From assembly GCA_046726415.1 (NCBI GenBank), contig JBKPAK010000015.1, positions 14,279 to 78,278 on the forward strand: a DNA stretch of 64,000 nt, in the 5' to 3' direction. Position numbers and translations under genes: made by a program. Shown here piece by piece: positions 1 to 10,484 of the stretch. A model generated the notes under the pieces. It made no database searches. It was not told the DNA's origin and was given only the letters and a program-made list of their open reading frames with translations. Position 1 is the first letter of the stretch; every line of letters begins with the position of its first letter. Source of the DNA: Candidatus Methylomirabilota bacterium. Lineage in GTDB: Bacteria; Methylomirabilota; Methylomirabilia; Rokubacteriales; CSP1-6.

Positions 1-1
1 C

Positions 2-235
2 GCCGTCCTCCTTCGCGCGCGGGTCGGCGCCTCACTCGAAAAGAAGCGGCTGCGCGATCAGCAGGCCCGGCACGTCCACGAGCTGGCCGAATGGAACCGG
101 CTCCTCGAGCAGCGCGTCCAGGAACAAGAGGCCCAGATGGAGCGCCTCGGCCGGCTGAAGCGATTCTTCTCGCCCCAGGTGGCACTCCCAGTCTTAGGAG
201 CCGTCGAAGAATCAAAGGGGCCCCGTGAGGCGTGA
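2..235 (+). pseudogene. 3' remnant of a response-regulator/adenylate-cyclase gene, truncated before the cyclase domain (5' part outside window)
   Basis: Frame from nt 2 reads LLRARVGASLEKKRLRD...EWNRLLEQRV...ERLGRLKRFFSPQV, the linker that normally precedes a class III cyclase domain. It then runs into a repeat element and stops at TGA 233-235. Confidence 0.6.
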
Positions 236-281
236 CGAGCGGGGGCTTGGGGGGCCCTGTCGAGGCCCCCCGTCTCCCTAG
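195..281. repeat. REP/MITE-like palindromic element
   Basis: Bounded by TAG at 195-197 and 279-281; contains hairpin GGGGGCC-CTGTCGA-GGCCCCC; related sequences at ~22590-22620 and ~60377-60415. Confidence 0.5.
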
Positions 282-440
282 TACACTAAACGGGCGCCGT
301 CCGACCATCAGCCCCAAGCGTCAGGGAGGCTACCATTCGCGGAGAGCAGGGGATCCCGGTAGGCGCCGACATCGCGGGCGCCTTCGCGCGCGACGCGCTC
401 GCGGATCTCGCTCGGGTCGTGAGGCGACGGCCGGCCGGCC

Positions 441-974
441 ATGTCTGACAGTTCGCCTGGCGACTTCGAGCGGGAAACGCTTGGCCTGCTCGACCCGCTC
501 TACCGCTTTGCTCGATGGCTCACCGGGACCGATGCCGATGCCCGCGATCTGGTGCAGGACGCGCTCCTCCTCGCCCTGCGCTCGCGCGAGCAGTTCGCGC
601 CGGGAACAAATCTACGGGCTTGGCTCTTTCGAATAGCGCGGAATCGGTATCTGGATCTGCGGCACCGGAAGCGCCGCGAACGGGTGGCCGGCCGTGACGT
701 CGCCGAGCCCGGCGAGCAGGCCGACGATGCGACGCCGTTTTTCGGCGATCAGGAACTTGGACGGATCCAGGGTCTCGTGCGCGGCGACATCACCCGCGCC
801 CTCACGGAGTTGCCGGAGCCGTACCGAACGGCAATCGTGCTCGCCGACGTGGAGGGCTGGACGTGGGAAGAGGTCGCGGCGATTCTCAGTGTGCCCATCG
901 GCACCGTGCAGTCCCGCGTCTTCCGCGGTCGGCGCGCGCTGCGGATTCTCCTGAAGGACTATGCCCCCCGATGA
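441..974 (+). CDS. ECF (sigma-70 group 4) RNA polymerase sigma factor
   Basis: DARDLVQD, NLRAWLFRIARN (region 2); LPEPYRTAIVL...EEVAAILSVPIGTVQSRVFRGR (region 4). Confidence 0.95.
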   Translation: MSDSSPGDFERETLGLLDPLYRFARWLTGTDADARDLVQDALLLALRSREQFAPGTNLRAWLFRIARNRYLDLRHRKRRERVAGRDVAEPGEQADDATPFFGDQELGRIQGLVRGDITRALTELPEPYRTAIVLADVEGWTWEEVAAILSVPIGTVQSRVFRGRRALRILLKDYAPR

Positions 975-1815
975 GACGGCCATGACGGACGACTGCGCCA
1001 ACGTCCGCTTTCGCCTCATGCTCCTGCGCCGGGGCGAACTCGACCCCGCCGAGGCAGAGGCCGTGCTCGCGCATCTGGCGCATTGCCGGGACTGCACGGC
1101 CGAGCTGGAGGCCGAGCGCGAGCTGGACCGCCGGCTGGCCGACGCCAAGCTGGCGTGGAGTGCCCCTCCGGCGCTGAGAAACGCGGCGGCTGACCTCGTG
1201 GCGCGCGAAGGCGAGTCCCCACGGCGGCGGTGGAGGCGCGCCGCGGGCCGTCTCGTGCGGCGCCCGCTCGTGGCCGCGGCCCTGGGCGCCGCCGCCACCT
1301 TGCTCGTGGTGATCGCGGCGACCTTGGTCGCTTCGCGCGCGCGTCAGCCCGACCCACTGGCCGTGCCGCTGGCCGAGGTGGTCGCGGGCTACCGCCGTTG
1401 CGCCCTGGAGCAACAAATCGTACGGCCGGGGCCGGACGACCTGAACCGGATCCTGATCGAGCTGCAGCAACGCCTGGGCGTTCCCACCACCACCGCGTTC
1501 CGCGGCGATGCGGACCTGACCCTGGTCGCGGTCGACCCGACGTACGCTCTGTCGCGCCCGGGCGCGATCCTCGTGTTCCAAGACCGCCAGGGACAGATCG
1601 TCACGTTGCAGATCGTCCGGGCGCCCGAGGTGCAGATCCCTCGGGAGCGCGGGACTCCGGTAGGAAGGTTCCGCCCGATCATCACTCGCCAGCAAGATCT
1701 CTCCACCGCGTTGTGGAAGCAGGGCAACGCCGTCTACGCCCTGTCGGCACCGGTGGACGAGGCCGCGATGGCCCGCATCTACCTGACGGTTCGTCTGGGC
1801 ACCAGCAACCCTTAG
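961..1815 (+). CDS. Zinc-binding (zf-HC2) transmembrane anti-sigma factor
   Basis: HLAHCRDC (HxxxCxxC) motif, one TM helix, overlaps the sigma gene; start could be 982. Confidence 0.9.
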   Translation: MPPDETAMTDDCANVRFRLMLLRRGELDPAEAEAVLAHLAHCRDCTAELEAERELDRRLADAKLAWSAPPALRNAAADLVAREGESPRRRWRRAAGRLVRRPLVAAALGAAATLLVVIAATLVASRARQPDPLAVPLAEVVAGYRRCALEQQIVRPGPDDLNRILIELQQRLGVPTTTAFRGDADLTLVAVDPTYALSRPGAILVFQDRQGQIVTLQIVRAPEVQIPRERGTPVGRFRPIITRQQDLSTALWKQGNAVYALSAPVDEAAMARIYLTVRLGTSNP

Positions 1816-1816
1816 G

Positions 1817-1836
1817 GGGCTGCTGAAAAGCAGCCC
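1817..1836. terminator. Hairpin between convergent genes, possible bidirectional terminator
   Basis: GGGCTGCT-GAAA-AGCAGCCC, perfect 8-bp stem; no U-tract. Confidence 0.45.
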
Positions 1837-1858
1837 GCAGTCCACCGCTTCGCGCGGC

Positions 1859-2284
1859 TCATTCGACGAGGTGGCTATGGATGCTGATCTCAGAGGACAG
1901 GGTCTGGTGGACCGGACACCGCTCGGCGATCTCTAGGAGCCGCGCTCGCTGCTCGTCGGTCAGGGCGCCCCGGAGGGTGATCTCGCGCTCGATCCGGTCG
2001 AGCTTGCCCTCCTTGGTCTCGCACTCGGCGCAGTCTGCCGCATGGATCTTCGAGTGCTGCAGGCGAACCTCCACGCCCTCCAGGAGCCACTGCTTGCGCC
2101 GTGCGTACATCGCGATGGTCATGGACGTGCACGCGCCGAGTGCGGCCAGGAGGAAGTCGTAGGGGGACGGGCCGTGGTCGGCGCCGCCGGCAGACGCCGG
2201 CTCGTCCGCCTGCAGCCGATGTTGTCCGGCCTCGATCTCCTGGGTAAATCCCCTCGCGCCGCCGCGAACGATGACCGTAGCCAT
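1859..2284 (-). CDS. OsmC family protein (YhfA-like, Cys form)
   Basis: DEP...[22 protein letters not shown] and ERCPVH motifs; ATG 2284 with GAGG upstream. Confidence 0.92.
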   Translation of the reverse strand: MATVIVRGGARGFTQEIEAGQHRLQADEPASAGGADHGPSPYDFLLAALGACTSMTIAMYARRKQWLLEGVEVRLQHSKIHAADCAECETKEGKLDRIEREITLRGALTDEQRARLLEIAERCPVHQTLSSEISIHSHLVE

Positions 2285-2342
2285 GGCCGTGCCCTCGTGT
2301 GGCCGCGGCCGCCCGGGCAATTGCGGCGGCCGCGGCTCCGGA

Positions 2343-3326
2343 TCAGCGCAGCAAGTCCAGGAGTTCGGGGACGACCGCCCGCGGACGGTCGCTGGCGGCC
2401 ACTCGCTGGATATTGTCGAAGGCGTTGCGGAAAGCTTTCGCCCAGTTCTCCCAGGTCGGCCCCGCGGTGTGGGGGGTGATGGTGACGTTCTCCAGCTTGA
2501 AGAGCGGGTGATTCGCCTTGGGCGGCTCCTCCACCATCACATCGAGCCCGGCCGCCACGATTTTCTTTCCGGTCAGCGCCTTGTACAGAGCGTCCTCATC
2601 CACCACCGGCCCCCGGCACGTGTTGATGAAGAGGGCCGTCGGCTTCATGAGCGAGAACTCGCGCGCTCCCATCATGCCGCGCGTGCGATCGGTGAGCGGC
2701 ACGTGCACGGTGACGATGTCCGAGGTGCGCAAGAGTTCCTCGAAGAGCGCGAAACGCACGCCGAGGGTGTCCTCATGGTCTTCGGTCAGGCGCACGATGT
2801 CGTAGTACTGTACCCGCATGTCGAAGCCCTGCGCCCGGCGCGCCACTTTCTTGCCGATGTTGCCGAGCCCCACGATGCCCAGCGTCTTTCCCGATACTTC
2901 GTAGAGCCGGGTCTCGGCGAAGTCCCCGACGCGCCACTTGCCGGCCACGACGTTGTTGTGCTGCCACACCAGCTTCTTGGCCACGGCCAGGATGAGCATG
3001 AGTGTGTGCTCGGCCACCGCCACCGAGTTGGCGCCGTTGTTGTTGGACACCGGGACCTTGGCCGCCCGGCACGCCTCGAGGTCGATGCGGTCATAGCCGG
3101 CGCTGATGAGCTGAATCAGCTTCAGCCTGGGCGCGGCGCGGTAGAACTCCGGGCCCATGCCGCCGCGGGCGAAACCCAGAAAGAAATCGGCATCGAGCAT
3201 GGCGGTGGCGAATTTCGGGCTGCTCTGGTCTACGATCTCTAGCTCGAAGCCCGCCGGCAGCATGGTGCGCGCGGTCTCGATGATGGGATCGGGCATCTTG
3301 GGGGACATCACGATCTTGTGGGACAC
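2343..3326 (-). CDS. D-isomer-specific 2-hydroxyacid dehydrogenase
   Basis: [30 protein letters not shown] 3326 after AAAGGAG. Confidence 0.93.
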   Translation of the reverse strand: MSHKIVMSPKMPDPIIETARTMLPAGFELEIVDQSSPKFATAMLDADFFLGFARGGMGPEFYRAAPRLKLIQLISAGYDRIDLEACRAAKVPVSNNNGANSVAVAEHTLMLILAVAKKLVWQHNNVVAGKWRVGDFAETRLYEVSGKTLGIVGLGNIGKKVARRAQGFDMRVQYYDIVRLTEDHEDTLGVRFALFEELLRTSDIVTVHVPLTDRTRGMMGAREFSLMKPTALFINTCRGPVVDEDALYKALTGKKIVAAGLDVMVEEPPKANHPLFKLENVTITPHTAGPTWENWAKAFRNAFDNIQRVAASDRPRAVVPELLDLLR

Positions 3327-3362
3327 GATGCGCTCCTTTCTTATGTTCGCCGGGAGTGGTCT

Positions 3363-3484
3363 TGTGCTCGCCGCCCACGGGGGACCGCAGCCCCGCGATG
3401 TCCAGCGGCTCGCACGGCCTGTTCTTCTGTTCGCCTCGGATGGCGGGGACCCGTGCCCCGAGGCATCCCGCGGCCGCACGGCCT
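3363..3484 (+). repeat. Two degenerate tandem copies of a ~60-bp intergenic repeat
   Basis: TG(C/T)TCGCC...GG(G)GACC..GCCCCG...GCACGGCCT twice; similar to the pair at 7842-7965. Confidence 0.65.
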
Positions 3485-3488
3485 GTGA

Positions 3489-4630
3489 CTAAGCGTCGCG
3501 CTGGCCCATGGGCCCCAGGACGGCGTTCGATATCACGTTGCGCAACGTCTGCACGGTGCCGCCCGCGATCGTGAACATGCGCGCATCGCGCACCATGCGC
3601 TCCAGTGGCATCTCGCGCGAGTAGCCGGTGGCCCCGAAGATCTGCAAGGCGTCGTTCGTGACTTTCAGGGCCACCTCGCTCGCCATCACTTTACACATGG
3701 CGGTCTCGGTCACATCGGGAAGCCCGTGGCCGGCATTCGTTGCTGTGCGGTAGATCATCTGGCGCACGGACTCGATCTGCATGGCCATGTCGGCGATCAG
3801 CCAGCGCAGTCCCTGGAAGCGCCCGATGGGGCGCCCGAACTGCTCCCGCTCTCCCGCGTATTTGACCGCCAGCTCGAAGGCACCCTGAGCGAGACCGAGG
3901 GCCACGGTGGCGGCGCCGAGGCGCTGACCGTTGTAGGCGGCCATCAGCCGCTTGAATCCGCCCGCCTTGACGATGAGGTTGGCGCCCGGCACCCGGCAAC
4001 CCTCGAAGACCATCTCTCCCTCAGGAATGCCGCGCATGCCCATGGCCTTTTCGCGCTTGACGACCTTGAGTCCGGGCATGCTCGCTTCTGCGATGACCGC
4101 CCCGATACCCGCCGCCCCGGCAATCCCCTCGAAGCGGCCAAAGACCACGTACGTCTGGGACACCCCGGCGCCAGTGATCCAGCGCTTCGTGCCGTTCACG
4201 ACCCAATCATCGCCCTCGGGCTCGATGGAGGTCTCCATGTCGGAGGCGGCCGACCCGGCCCGATGCTCGGTGATGGCGATCGCCGGCTTGTCCCCCTGGA
4301 CGACCTTCGTCAGGTACTTCCGCTTCTGATCCTCGGTGCCGTAGTGGACGATGCAGCCCACTGGCCCGAGGTTGGAGTCGACCAGGAGCCGGCCCGTGAT
4401 GCCGCACGTGCGCGCCACCGCTTCGATGGCCAGGATCACGTCGAGCAGGGGACGCCCCTGGCCTCCGTACGCGCGCGGAATGGCCATCCCCATGAGCCCT
4501 TCCTGCACGAGCCGCTTGACGTTGTCCCACGGGTACTCTTCGCGCTCGTCCCAGCCCGCCGCGCGCTCGCGGAACTCGCCGTCGGCCAGGGCGCGGGCGC
4601 GCATTTGAGTTCGAGCTGCTCCGCCGTCAA
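3489..4630 (-). CDS. Acyl-CoA dehydrogenase (apparent 1-nt frameshift near N-terminus at ~4605)
   Basis: AIAITEHRAGS, NGTKRWIT, REQFGRPIGRFQ, IAGGT. The typical N-terminal LTAEQLELK (TTG 4630) is in a different frame from RARALA; in-frame ATG at 4604. Confidence 0.88.
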
Positions 4631-4830
4631 CGGAAACTTCAGATCCCCCTCCGCACGTCAGAATCGTCGGCCAGGCCAGTCGACTGTTGTACGCGCCTTC
4701 AGAAAAGTCAAGGGCACCACCCACCGGTTGAGCGATCGTGACCGCCAGAACCAGTCGTGCGAGCCGCAGGACGTCGCGGGGCGGAGCTCCCGAACGAGAC
4801 TGAGAATGATCCACTCCGATCACTTCCGCC

Positions 4831-5060
4831 ATGGCCGCGCCTAGCCAGGACGGGTCGCGACTTCCCGTCACCGGCGCGCTGGCGGTGCTCCTGGTGCTCG
4901 CCGGCGCCCTCCTCATCACCCAGTTCCCCCTCGTCGGCTCCCGGCGGGAAAGTCCCGAGAAGATCCAGTCCCGCATGATCGGCCTTCAAGATACCGATGC
5001 GCGACTGTGGCAGGATCCGTTCGCCGCCGCCGATCAGCACGAGGAGCGCGAGAAGAATTG
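4831..5060 (+). pseudogene. N-terminal fragment of a membrane-anchored hypothetical protein
   Basis: ATG, hydrophobic helix (GALAVLLVLAGALLI), then DARLWQDPF; coding-like character is lost after ~5060 and the frame continues antisense to an ACAD. Confidence 0.4.
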
Positions 5061-5193
5061 GCCCCCTGCTGAAACAGGAGTTCGTGCTCGCCCTGTTGGT
5101 GCCCCTCAGCGGCGCCGGGGGGATCGCGCTGCTAGAGTACGTGATTCTGGGCCGCTGAGACGGGCGAGCCTCAGGAGCCCTCGCGTGAGTCGG

Positions 5194-6252
5194 CTATCGC
5201 GCGGTGAGATCCGTCCAGAGCTGGTCCGCACCGCGCGAGGCGACGTGGCGGCCCAGCTCGACTGCCCAATGGCTCTCCGCCCCAAACTCCGCGCGCCACG
5301 ACCACAGGCGCCGTGTCGCGAAGTGCAAACTGTGCTCGTAGGTGAATCCGATGGCGCCGTGGACCTGGTGCGCGATGCCGGCGCCGATGCCCGCCGCCTC
5401 CCCAACCCGCACCTTGGCTGCCGCCACTTCGAACGTCGGGTCGCCCCGTTCGGCCGCGCGGCAGGCATGCGCAGCAGCCAGGCCGGCGGTGGCAGCGTGC
5501 CCCGCCAGCACGGCAAGCTGATGCTGGATGGCCTGGAAGGCGCCGATGGCTCGGCCGAACTGCTTGCGCTCGGTCGCGTAGCGGACGGCCTGCGCCAGGA
5601 TCGACTCCAGCGCCCCCGCCATTTGCGCCGAGCGGGCCAGCGCGCCGTAGACCCATACCGCGCGAGGGGGCAAACCGGCCGCGGCCGGGGCCGCCGCCTC
5701 CACCGGAGTGCCCTCGAACTCGAGCGTGTCGCGCGGCTCCTGCGCGACGTTCCGATCTTCGGTGACCCGGGCGCGCCCGCCGGCCACGCGGGCGATCATC
5801 GCGCGGTCATCGACCTCGCTGGCGAATACGATCTGGCCGGCCGCCGCCCCCCACGGCACGCGAGCGACTCTTCCGGTGACGCGCCAGCCGCGATCGGCGC
5901 GCTCGAGGCGCAACCGCTCGCCGGCCTGGACGGGCGCGATGGTCAGTGGCCCGTCGGGCACGTCGAGTCCCGCCCCGGCCAGGAGCCACCCCGCGATGAT
6001 GGTCTCGGCGAGCGGCACTGGCACGGCGTGCCGTCCCATAAGTTCGAGGATGACGTGGGCGTCCCGCCATCCGAGACCGGCCCCGCCTCTCTCCTCCGGC
6101 ACCAGGGGCCGGGTGAGTCCGTTCTCCTCGAGAGCGCGCCAGAGATCCCCGGGCCAGGCGCCGCGCTCCACCGACTCGATGAGTTCCTTGCTCACGAGGT
6201 CCGCGAAGATCCGCGTGACGGTGTCGGACAGGAGCGCCCGTGTCTCGTTCAT
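5194..6252 (-). CDS. Acyl-CoA dehydrogenase family protein (short partner subunit type)
   Basis: RKQFGRAIGAFQAIQH, HQVHGAIGFTYE; 4-nt overlap with the upstream ACAD. Confidence 0.9.
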   Translation of the reverse strand: MNETRALLSDTVTRIFADLVSKELIESVERGAWPGDLWRALEENGLTRPLVPEERGGAGLGWRDAHVILELMGRHAVPVPLAETIIAGWLLAGAGLDVPDGPLTIAPVQAGERLRLERADRGWRVTGRVARVPWGAAAGQIVFASEVDDRAMIARVAGGRARVTEDRNVAQEPRDTLEFEGTPVEAAAPAAAGLPPRAVWVYGALARSAQMAGALESILAQAVRYATERKQFGRAIGAFQAIQHQLAVLAGHAATAGLAAAHACRAAERGDPTFEVAAAKVRVGEAAGIGAGIAHQVHGAIGFTYEHSLHFATRRLWSWRAEFGAESHWAVELGRHVASRGADQLWTDLTAR

Positions 6253-7397
6253 CGCAGGCCGAGCCCCCGGGCGATGATGCCGCGGAGCACCTCGCGGGTT
6301 CCGCCCCGGAGCGAGAACGATGGCGCATGCTGGGTGAGATAGGCGAGCACCCGCGAGAGCTGGGTGCCCGCGGCGACCGTCGGCTCCAGACCGAGCAACG
6401 CGTGTGCGATCTCGGGCACCGACTGCTCGAACGTAGTGCCGACGTCCTTCACCACCGCCGCCTCGAGGTTGGGATTCTCACCGGCCTGCAGCATGGCCGC
6501 CACCGAGAGCGACATCTGGCGCAAGGTGGCCAGCTGGGCGGTCAGGCGCCCGACGGTCTCCGCCGCGCGCTCCGAGGGGTCTTTCCCCACCTCCCGAATC
6601 AACTCGACGATCAACGCCATGCTGCTGAGATAGCGCTCAGGCCCGCTGCGCTCGAAGGCCAGCTCGTTCGTCACCTGCTTCCAGCCGGCCCCCTCCTCGC
6701 CCACCCGCATGCCTTCGGGGACGAAGGCGTCCTGAAAGACGACCTCGTTGAAGTGGTGCTGACCCGTCAAATCGATGATGGGGCTCATGGTGATCCCCGG
6801 CGTCTTCGTGTCCACCAGGAACTGGGAGAGCCCGGCGTGCTTGTCAGCAGGATCCACGTGGGTGCGGAGGGTGGCGATCATGTAGTCCGCGAGGTGCGCG
6901 TTGCTGGTCCAGACTTTCGTTCCGTTGACCCGGTAGCCGCCCGAGACTTTCTCAGCGCGCGTGCGGAGCGAGGCGAGATCAGAGCCGGAGTCGGGCTCGC
7001 TCATCCCGATGGCGAACGCCAGCTCGCCGCGCGCGATGCGCGGCAGGAAGCGCTGGCGCTGCTCCTCCGTGCCAAACCGCAGCAGCGTGGGTCCGCTCTG
7101 GCGGTCGGCGATCCAATGGGCCGACACCGGCGCCCCCGCGGCCAGCATCTCCTCCATGACCACGTAGCGCTCCAGCGCGCTGCGCTCGTGGCCGCCATAC
7201 TTCTTCGGCCAGGTCAGGCCGATCCAGCCCCGCGCACCCACTTTGCGCGAGAACGCGCGGTCGAAACCGCCCCACGAGGGGGCGCGGTCGAGTGCGGCGC
7301 GGTCGCCGAGCTCCTGGCGGAGGAACGCTCTGACCTCTCTGCGCAAGGTCTCCGCCTCAGGCGGGAGATCGTGCAGCTCGAAGTGAAACGTCGCCAT
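6249..7397 (-). CDS. Acyl-CoA dehydrogenase
   Basis: IGMSEPDSGSDLASL, NGTKVWTS, FNEVVF, LAFERSG, RGGTRE; ATG 7397. Confidence 0.93.
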   Translation of the reverse strand: MATFHFELHDLPPEAETLRREVRAFLRQELGDRAALDRAPSWGGFDRAFSRKVGARGWIGLTWPKKYGGHERSALERYVVMEEMLAAGAPVSAHWIADRQSGPTLLRFGTEEQRQRFLPRIARGELAFAIGMSEPDSGSDLASLRTRAEKVSGGYRVNGTKVWTSNAHLADYMIATLRTHVDPADKHAGLSQFLVDTKTPGITMSPIIDLTGQHHFNEVVFQDAFVPEGMRVGEEGAGWKQVTNELAFERSGPERYLSSMALIVELIREVGKDPSERAAETVGRLTAQLATLRQMSLSVAAMLQAGENPNLEAAVVKDVGTTFEQSVPEIAHALLGLEPTVAAGTQLSRVLAYLTQHAPSFSLRGGTREVLRGIIARGLGLR

Positions 7398-7398
7398 G

Positions 7399-7785
7399 CT
7401 AGTCGTACCTTTCCGGCTTGCGCAGCTCGACGAAGAGTCCATGCGCCTCGCGTGGATGCACCCATGCGATCTCTCCGCGCTGGTCCACCCTCGCCCCCTG
7501 TTCGCGCAGGCGCGCCACCGCGCCCGGGATGTCCTGGCAGTCGAAGCCGACGAGGTACACCCCCTCGCCATGCTTTTCCAGAAACTTTCCCACCGGCTTG
7601 GTAGGATCGGTGGGCTCCAGGAACTCGATGTGGCCGCGGCCCAGTGGCAGGATGGCGTTCTTGAACCCGAATTCCTTCGACCCTCCGCGGTGATGCACCT
7701 TCACTCCGAAGAGCTTCGCGTAGCGCTCGATGGCCGCGTCGATGTCGCGCACGACCACGGACAGCTCGATGACGTCTCCCAGCAT
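7399..7785 (-). CDS. VOC/glyoxalase family protein (methylmalonyl-CoA epimerase-like)
   Basis: VVVRDIDAA, IEFLEP, KFLEKHGEGVY, HPREAHGLFVEL. Confidence 0.85.
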   Translation of the reverse strand: MLGDVIELSVVVRDIDAAIERYAKLFGVKVHHRGGSKEFGFKNAILPLGRGHIEFLEPTDPTKPVGKFLEKHGEGVYLVGFDCQDIPGAVARLREQGARVDQRGEIAWVHPREAHGLFVELRKPERYD

Positions 7786-7841
7786 GATGGGCCTCCTAGC
7801 CCGGCCGCAGGTCTGCAGCCCAGCACCGGGGAGCATATCAC

Positions 7842-7965
7842 TCGTATGCTCGCCTCGGACGGCGGGACCCCAGCCCCGCGACGTCCTGCAGCTCGCGCGG
7901 CTATCGTATGCTCGCCTCGGACGGCGGGACCCCAGCCCCGCGACGTCCCGCAGCTCCCGCGGCAG
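7842..7965 (+). repeat. Tandem direct repeat, 2 x 62 bp
   Basis: TCGTATGCTCGCCTCGGACGGCGGGACCCCAGCCCCGCGACGTCC.GCAGCTC.CGCGGC at 7842 and 7904. Confidence 0.9.
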
Positions 7966-7995
7966 TCAACCGCAGTCTCGGGGAGGAAATGGCGA

Positions 7996-9006
7996 ATGGG
8001 TGAGAAGCGGTGGGCGCTGTCGGTGCCACTGGATGGGTTCACGCTGCCCGAGCATACGGAGATCGCGCGCGACGCGGAGCGCCTGGGCTACACCGACGCC
8101 TGGTCGTTCGAGGTGGACGGCGTGGATGGCTTCTCACCGCTCGCCGTAGTCGGCATAGCCACCGGGATGCGGGTCGGCATCGCCATCGCCAACGTCTTCA
8201 CCCGCGGCCCCGCCACGATGGCCATCACGGCCGCCGGAATCGCCGAGATCGCGCCCGGCCGCTTTTGTCTCGGCGTCGGCGCGGGGTCCGAGCCCATCGT
8301 GGAGGCCTGGAACAGCGGCCGCTTCGAGCGGCCAGCCCAGCGCGTCCGGGAGATGGTGCAGTTTCTCCGGCTGGCCCTGGCCGGAGAGCGCGTGGTCTTT
8401 CAGGGCGAGACGTTGGCGGTGGACGGTTTCCGGCTGAGCCGGCCGCTCGCGCACTCGGTTCCCATTCACGTGGCGGCGCTGCGACCCGGCATGCTCCGGA
8501 TCGCCGGGGAACTCGGCGACGGGGCTGTCCTCAACTGGCTGTCGGCCGACGACGTGCCGCAATCGGTCGCCGTGGTGCGCGAGGCCGCGTCCCGGGCCGG
8601 CCGCGATCCGAAGACCGTGGAGATCACCGCGCGTCTGCTGGTGAACCTCGACCCTCCCGGTGACGCCGCCGATACCGGGGTCCGCCGGCAGGTCACTGCC
8701 TACTTGAACGTGCCCGTCTATCGGGCCTTCCACGAATGGCTGGGGCGCGGGCGGCTGCTCCAACCGATGTGGGATGCCTGGGAGCGGGGCGACCGCAGGG
8801 CCGCCGTGGCCGCGGTACCTCCGGAGGTCGCGCATACCTTGATCCTCCGCGGTTCCATGGACGACATCCGCGCTCGTATCGAGCGCTACTTCGCCGCGGG
8901 GGTCGATACGGCGTTCCTGCAATTTTCGACGTCGGCGCTCGATACGTCGAGCCGGCGTGCGCGTATCCTCGAAGCCATCCGCGCGCTGGCGCCGAGCGCA
9001 CCCTGA
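7996..9006 (+). CDS. Luciferase-like monooxygenase (LLM) class oxidoreductase, possibly F420-dependent
   Basis: AERLGYTDAWSFE, IANVFTRGP, PGRFCLGVGAG, PGMLRIAGELGDG; GGGAGG RBS. Confidence 0.9.
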   Translation: MGEKRWALSVPLDGFTLPEHTEIARDAERLGYTDAWSFEVDGVDGFSPLAVVGIATGMRVGIAIANVFTRGPATMAITAAGIAEIAPGRFCLGVGAGSEPIVEAWNSGRFERPAQRVREMVQFLRLALAGERVVFQGETLAVDGFRLSRPLAHSVPIHVAALRPGMLRIAGELGDGAVLNWLSADDVPQSVAVVREAASRAGRDPKTVEITARLLVNLDPPGDAADTGVRRQVTAYLNVPVYRAFHEWLGRGRLLQPMWDAWERGDRRAAVAAVPPEVAHTLILRGSMDDIRARIERYFAAGVDTAFLQFSTSALDTSSRRARILEAIRALAPSAP

Positions 9007-9029
9007 CCAGTCCGCAAGAGGAGGATGCG

Positions 9030-10484
9030 ATGCGTGAGGTTCCCTTTCGCTCGGCGAAGCAGCTGGCCACGGAGATTCGCCGCAAGAAGATCGGTTGCCT
9101 GGAACTGCTCGACCTCTACCTGGCGCGGGTCGAGAGGTACAATCCGAAGCTCAACGCCATCATCGCCACCGATCTCGACGGCGCGCGCAAGCGCGCGCGG
9201 GCGGCCGACCGGGCGCTGGTCAAGGGCGAGCCGTGGGGACCGCTGCACGGCGTGCCCATGACCATCAAGGAGTCGTACGACGTGGTGGGCCTGCCGACCA
9301 CGTGGGGCGTGCCCGCGCTGCGCGAGAACTATCCAGCGCGAAATGCCCTCGCCGTCGATCGGCTGCTCGCCGCCGGCGTCGTGCTCTTTGGCAAGACCAA
9401 CGTGCCGCTCTATCTCGCCGACTACCAGAGTTACAACGACATCTACGGCACCACCAATAACCCGTGGGACGTCACCCGATCGCCCGGCGGTTCTTCGGGC
9501 GGTTCCGCCGCCGCGCTGGCTGCGGGGTTGACCGGCATCGAGGCGGGCAGCGACATCGGCTCGTCGATCCGCAACCCAGCCCACTACTGTGGCGTGTTCG
9601 GCCACAAGCCCACGTACGGTATCGTGCCGCCGCGCGGCCAGGCGCTGCCCGGGAAACTCGCTCAGGGGGACATCTCGGTGATCGGCCCGATGTCGCGCAG
9701 CGCCGACGACCTCGCCATCGGGCTCGAGGTGATGGCTGGTGCCGACGAGATCGACGCGGTGGGCTGGCAACTCCGGCTGCCTGCCCCACGACGCAAGGCG
9801 CTGCGCGAGTACAGGGTCGCCGTCATGCTGAGCGACCCGAACGCCGAGGTGGATACCGAGGTCCAGGATCGGGTACAAGCTCTCGCCGACTTCCTGGCCA
9901 GGAACAAGGCCAAGGTGAGCGACCGGGCGCGGCCCGCCATCGATACTGGCCAGGCGCATCGGGTCTACCTCCAGCTGCTGCGGGCGGCGACGTCGGGACG
10001 CCAGACCCAGGAAGAATTCCAGAAGAACCTCGCCGCCGCGCACTCCCTCGCACCAGACGACGAGAGCTACTACGCGCGCATGGTGCGCGCCAACACCCTC
10101 TTCCACCGCGACTGGCTGGCTGCCAACGAGACGCGCCACCAGCTGCGCTGGAAGTGGGCCGAGTTCTTCAAGGAGTGGGACCTGCTGCTCTGTCCGGTCG
10201 CCTCGTCCGCCGCCTTTCCCCACGACCACGCGGGAGAGCGCTACGAGCGCACCATCGCCGTCAACGGCAAAATGGTGCTCACCACCGACCAGCTCTTCTG
10301 GGCCGGGTACTCGGGCATGGCGTTTCTGCCGTCGTCGGTGGCCCCAGCCGGCCTCACGCCGGGGGGCTTGCCGGTGGGCGTCCAGATCGTGGGCCCGCAG
10401 TACGGCGACCGCGCATGCATCGCCTTCGCCCAGCTCCTCGAGCGCGAGTACCGGGCCTTCGTGCCGCCGCCCGGCTACGCATGA
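9030..10484 (+). CDS. Amidase (amidase-signature family)
   Basis: [35 protein letters not shown]. Confidence 0.95.
   Translation: MREVPFRSAKQLATEIRRKKIGCLELLDLYLARVERYNPKLNAIIATDLDGARKRARAADRALVKGEPWGPLHGVPMTIKESYDVVGLPTTWGVPALRENYPARNALAVDRLLAAGVVLFGKTNVPLYLADYQSYNDIYGTTNNPWDVTRSPGGSSGGSAAALAAGLTGIEAGSDIGSSIRNPAHYCGVFGHKPTYGIVPPRGQALPGKLAQGDISVIGPMSRSADDLAIGLEVMAGADEIDAVGWQLRLPAPRRKALREYRVAVMLSDPNAEVDTEVQDRVQALADFLARNKAKVSDRARPAIDTGQAHRVYLQLLRAATSGRQTQEEFQKNLAAAHSLAPDDESYYARMVRANTLFHRDWLAANETRHQLRWKWAEFFKEWDLLLCPVASSAAFPHDHAGERYERTIAVNGKMVLTTDQLFWAGYSGMAFLPSSVAPAGLTPGGLPVGVQIVGPQYGDRACIAFAQLLEREYRAFVPPPGYA

Noticed and set aside
4831-6342. 503-aa plus-strand CDS
   Set aside because: Only the first ~75 codons look coding; the rest is antisense to an ACAD gene.
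7842-7965. CRISPR array
   Set aside because: Only two abutting 62-bp units, no unique spacers and no cas genes.
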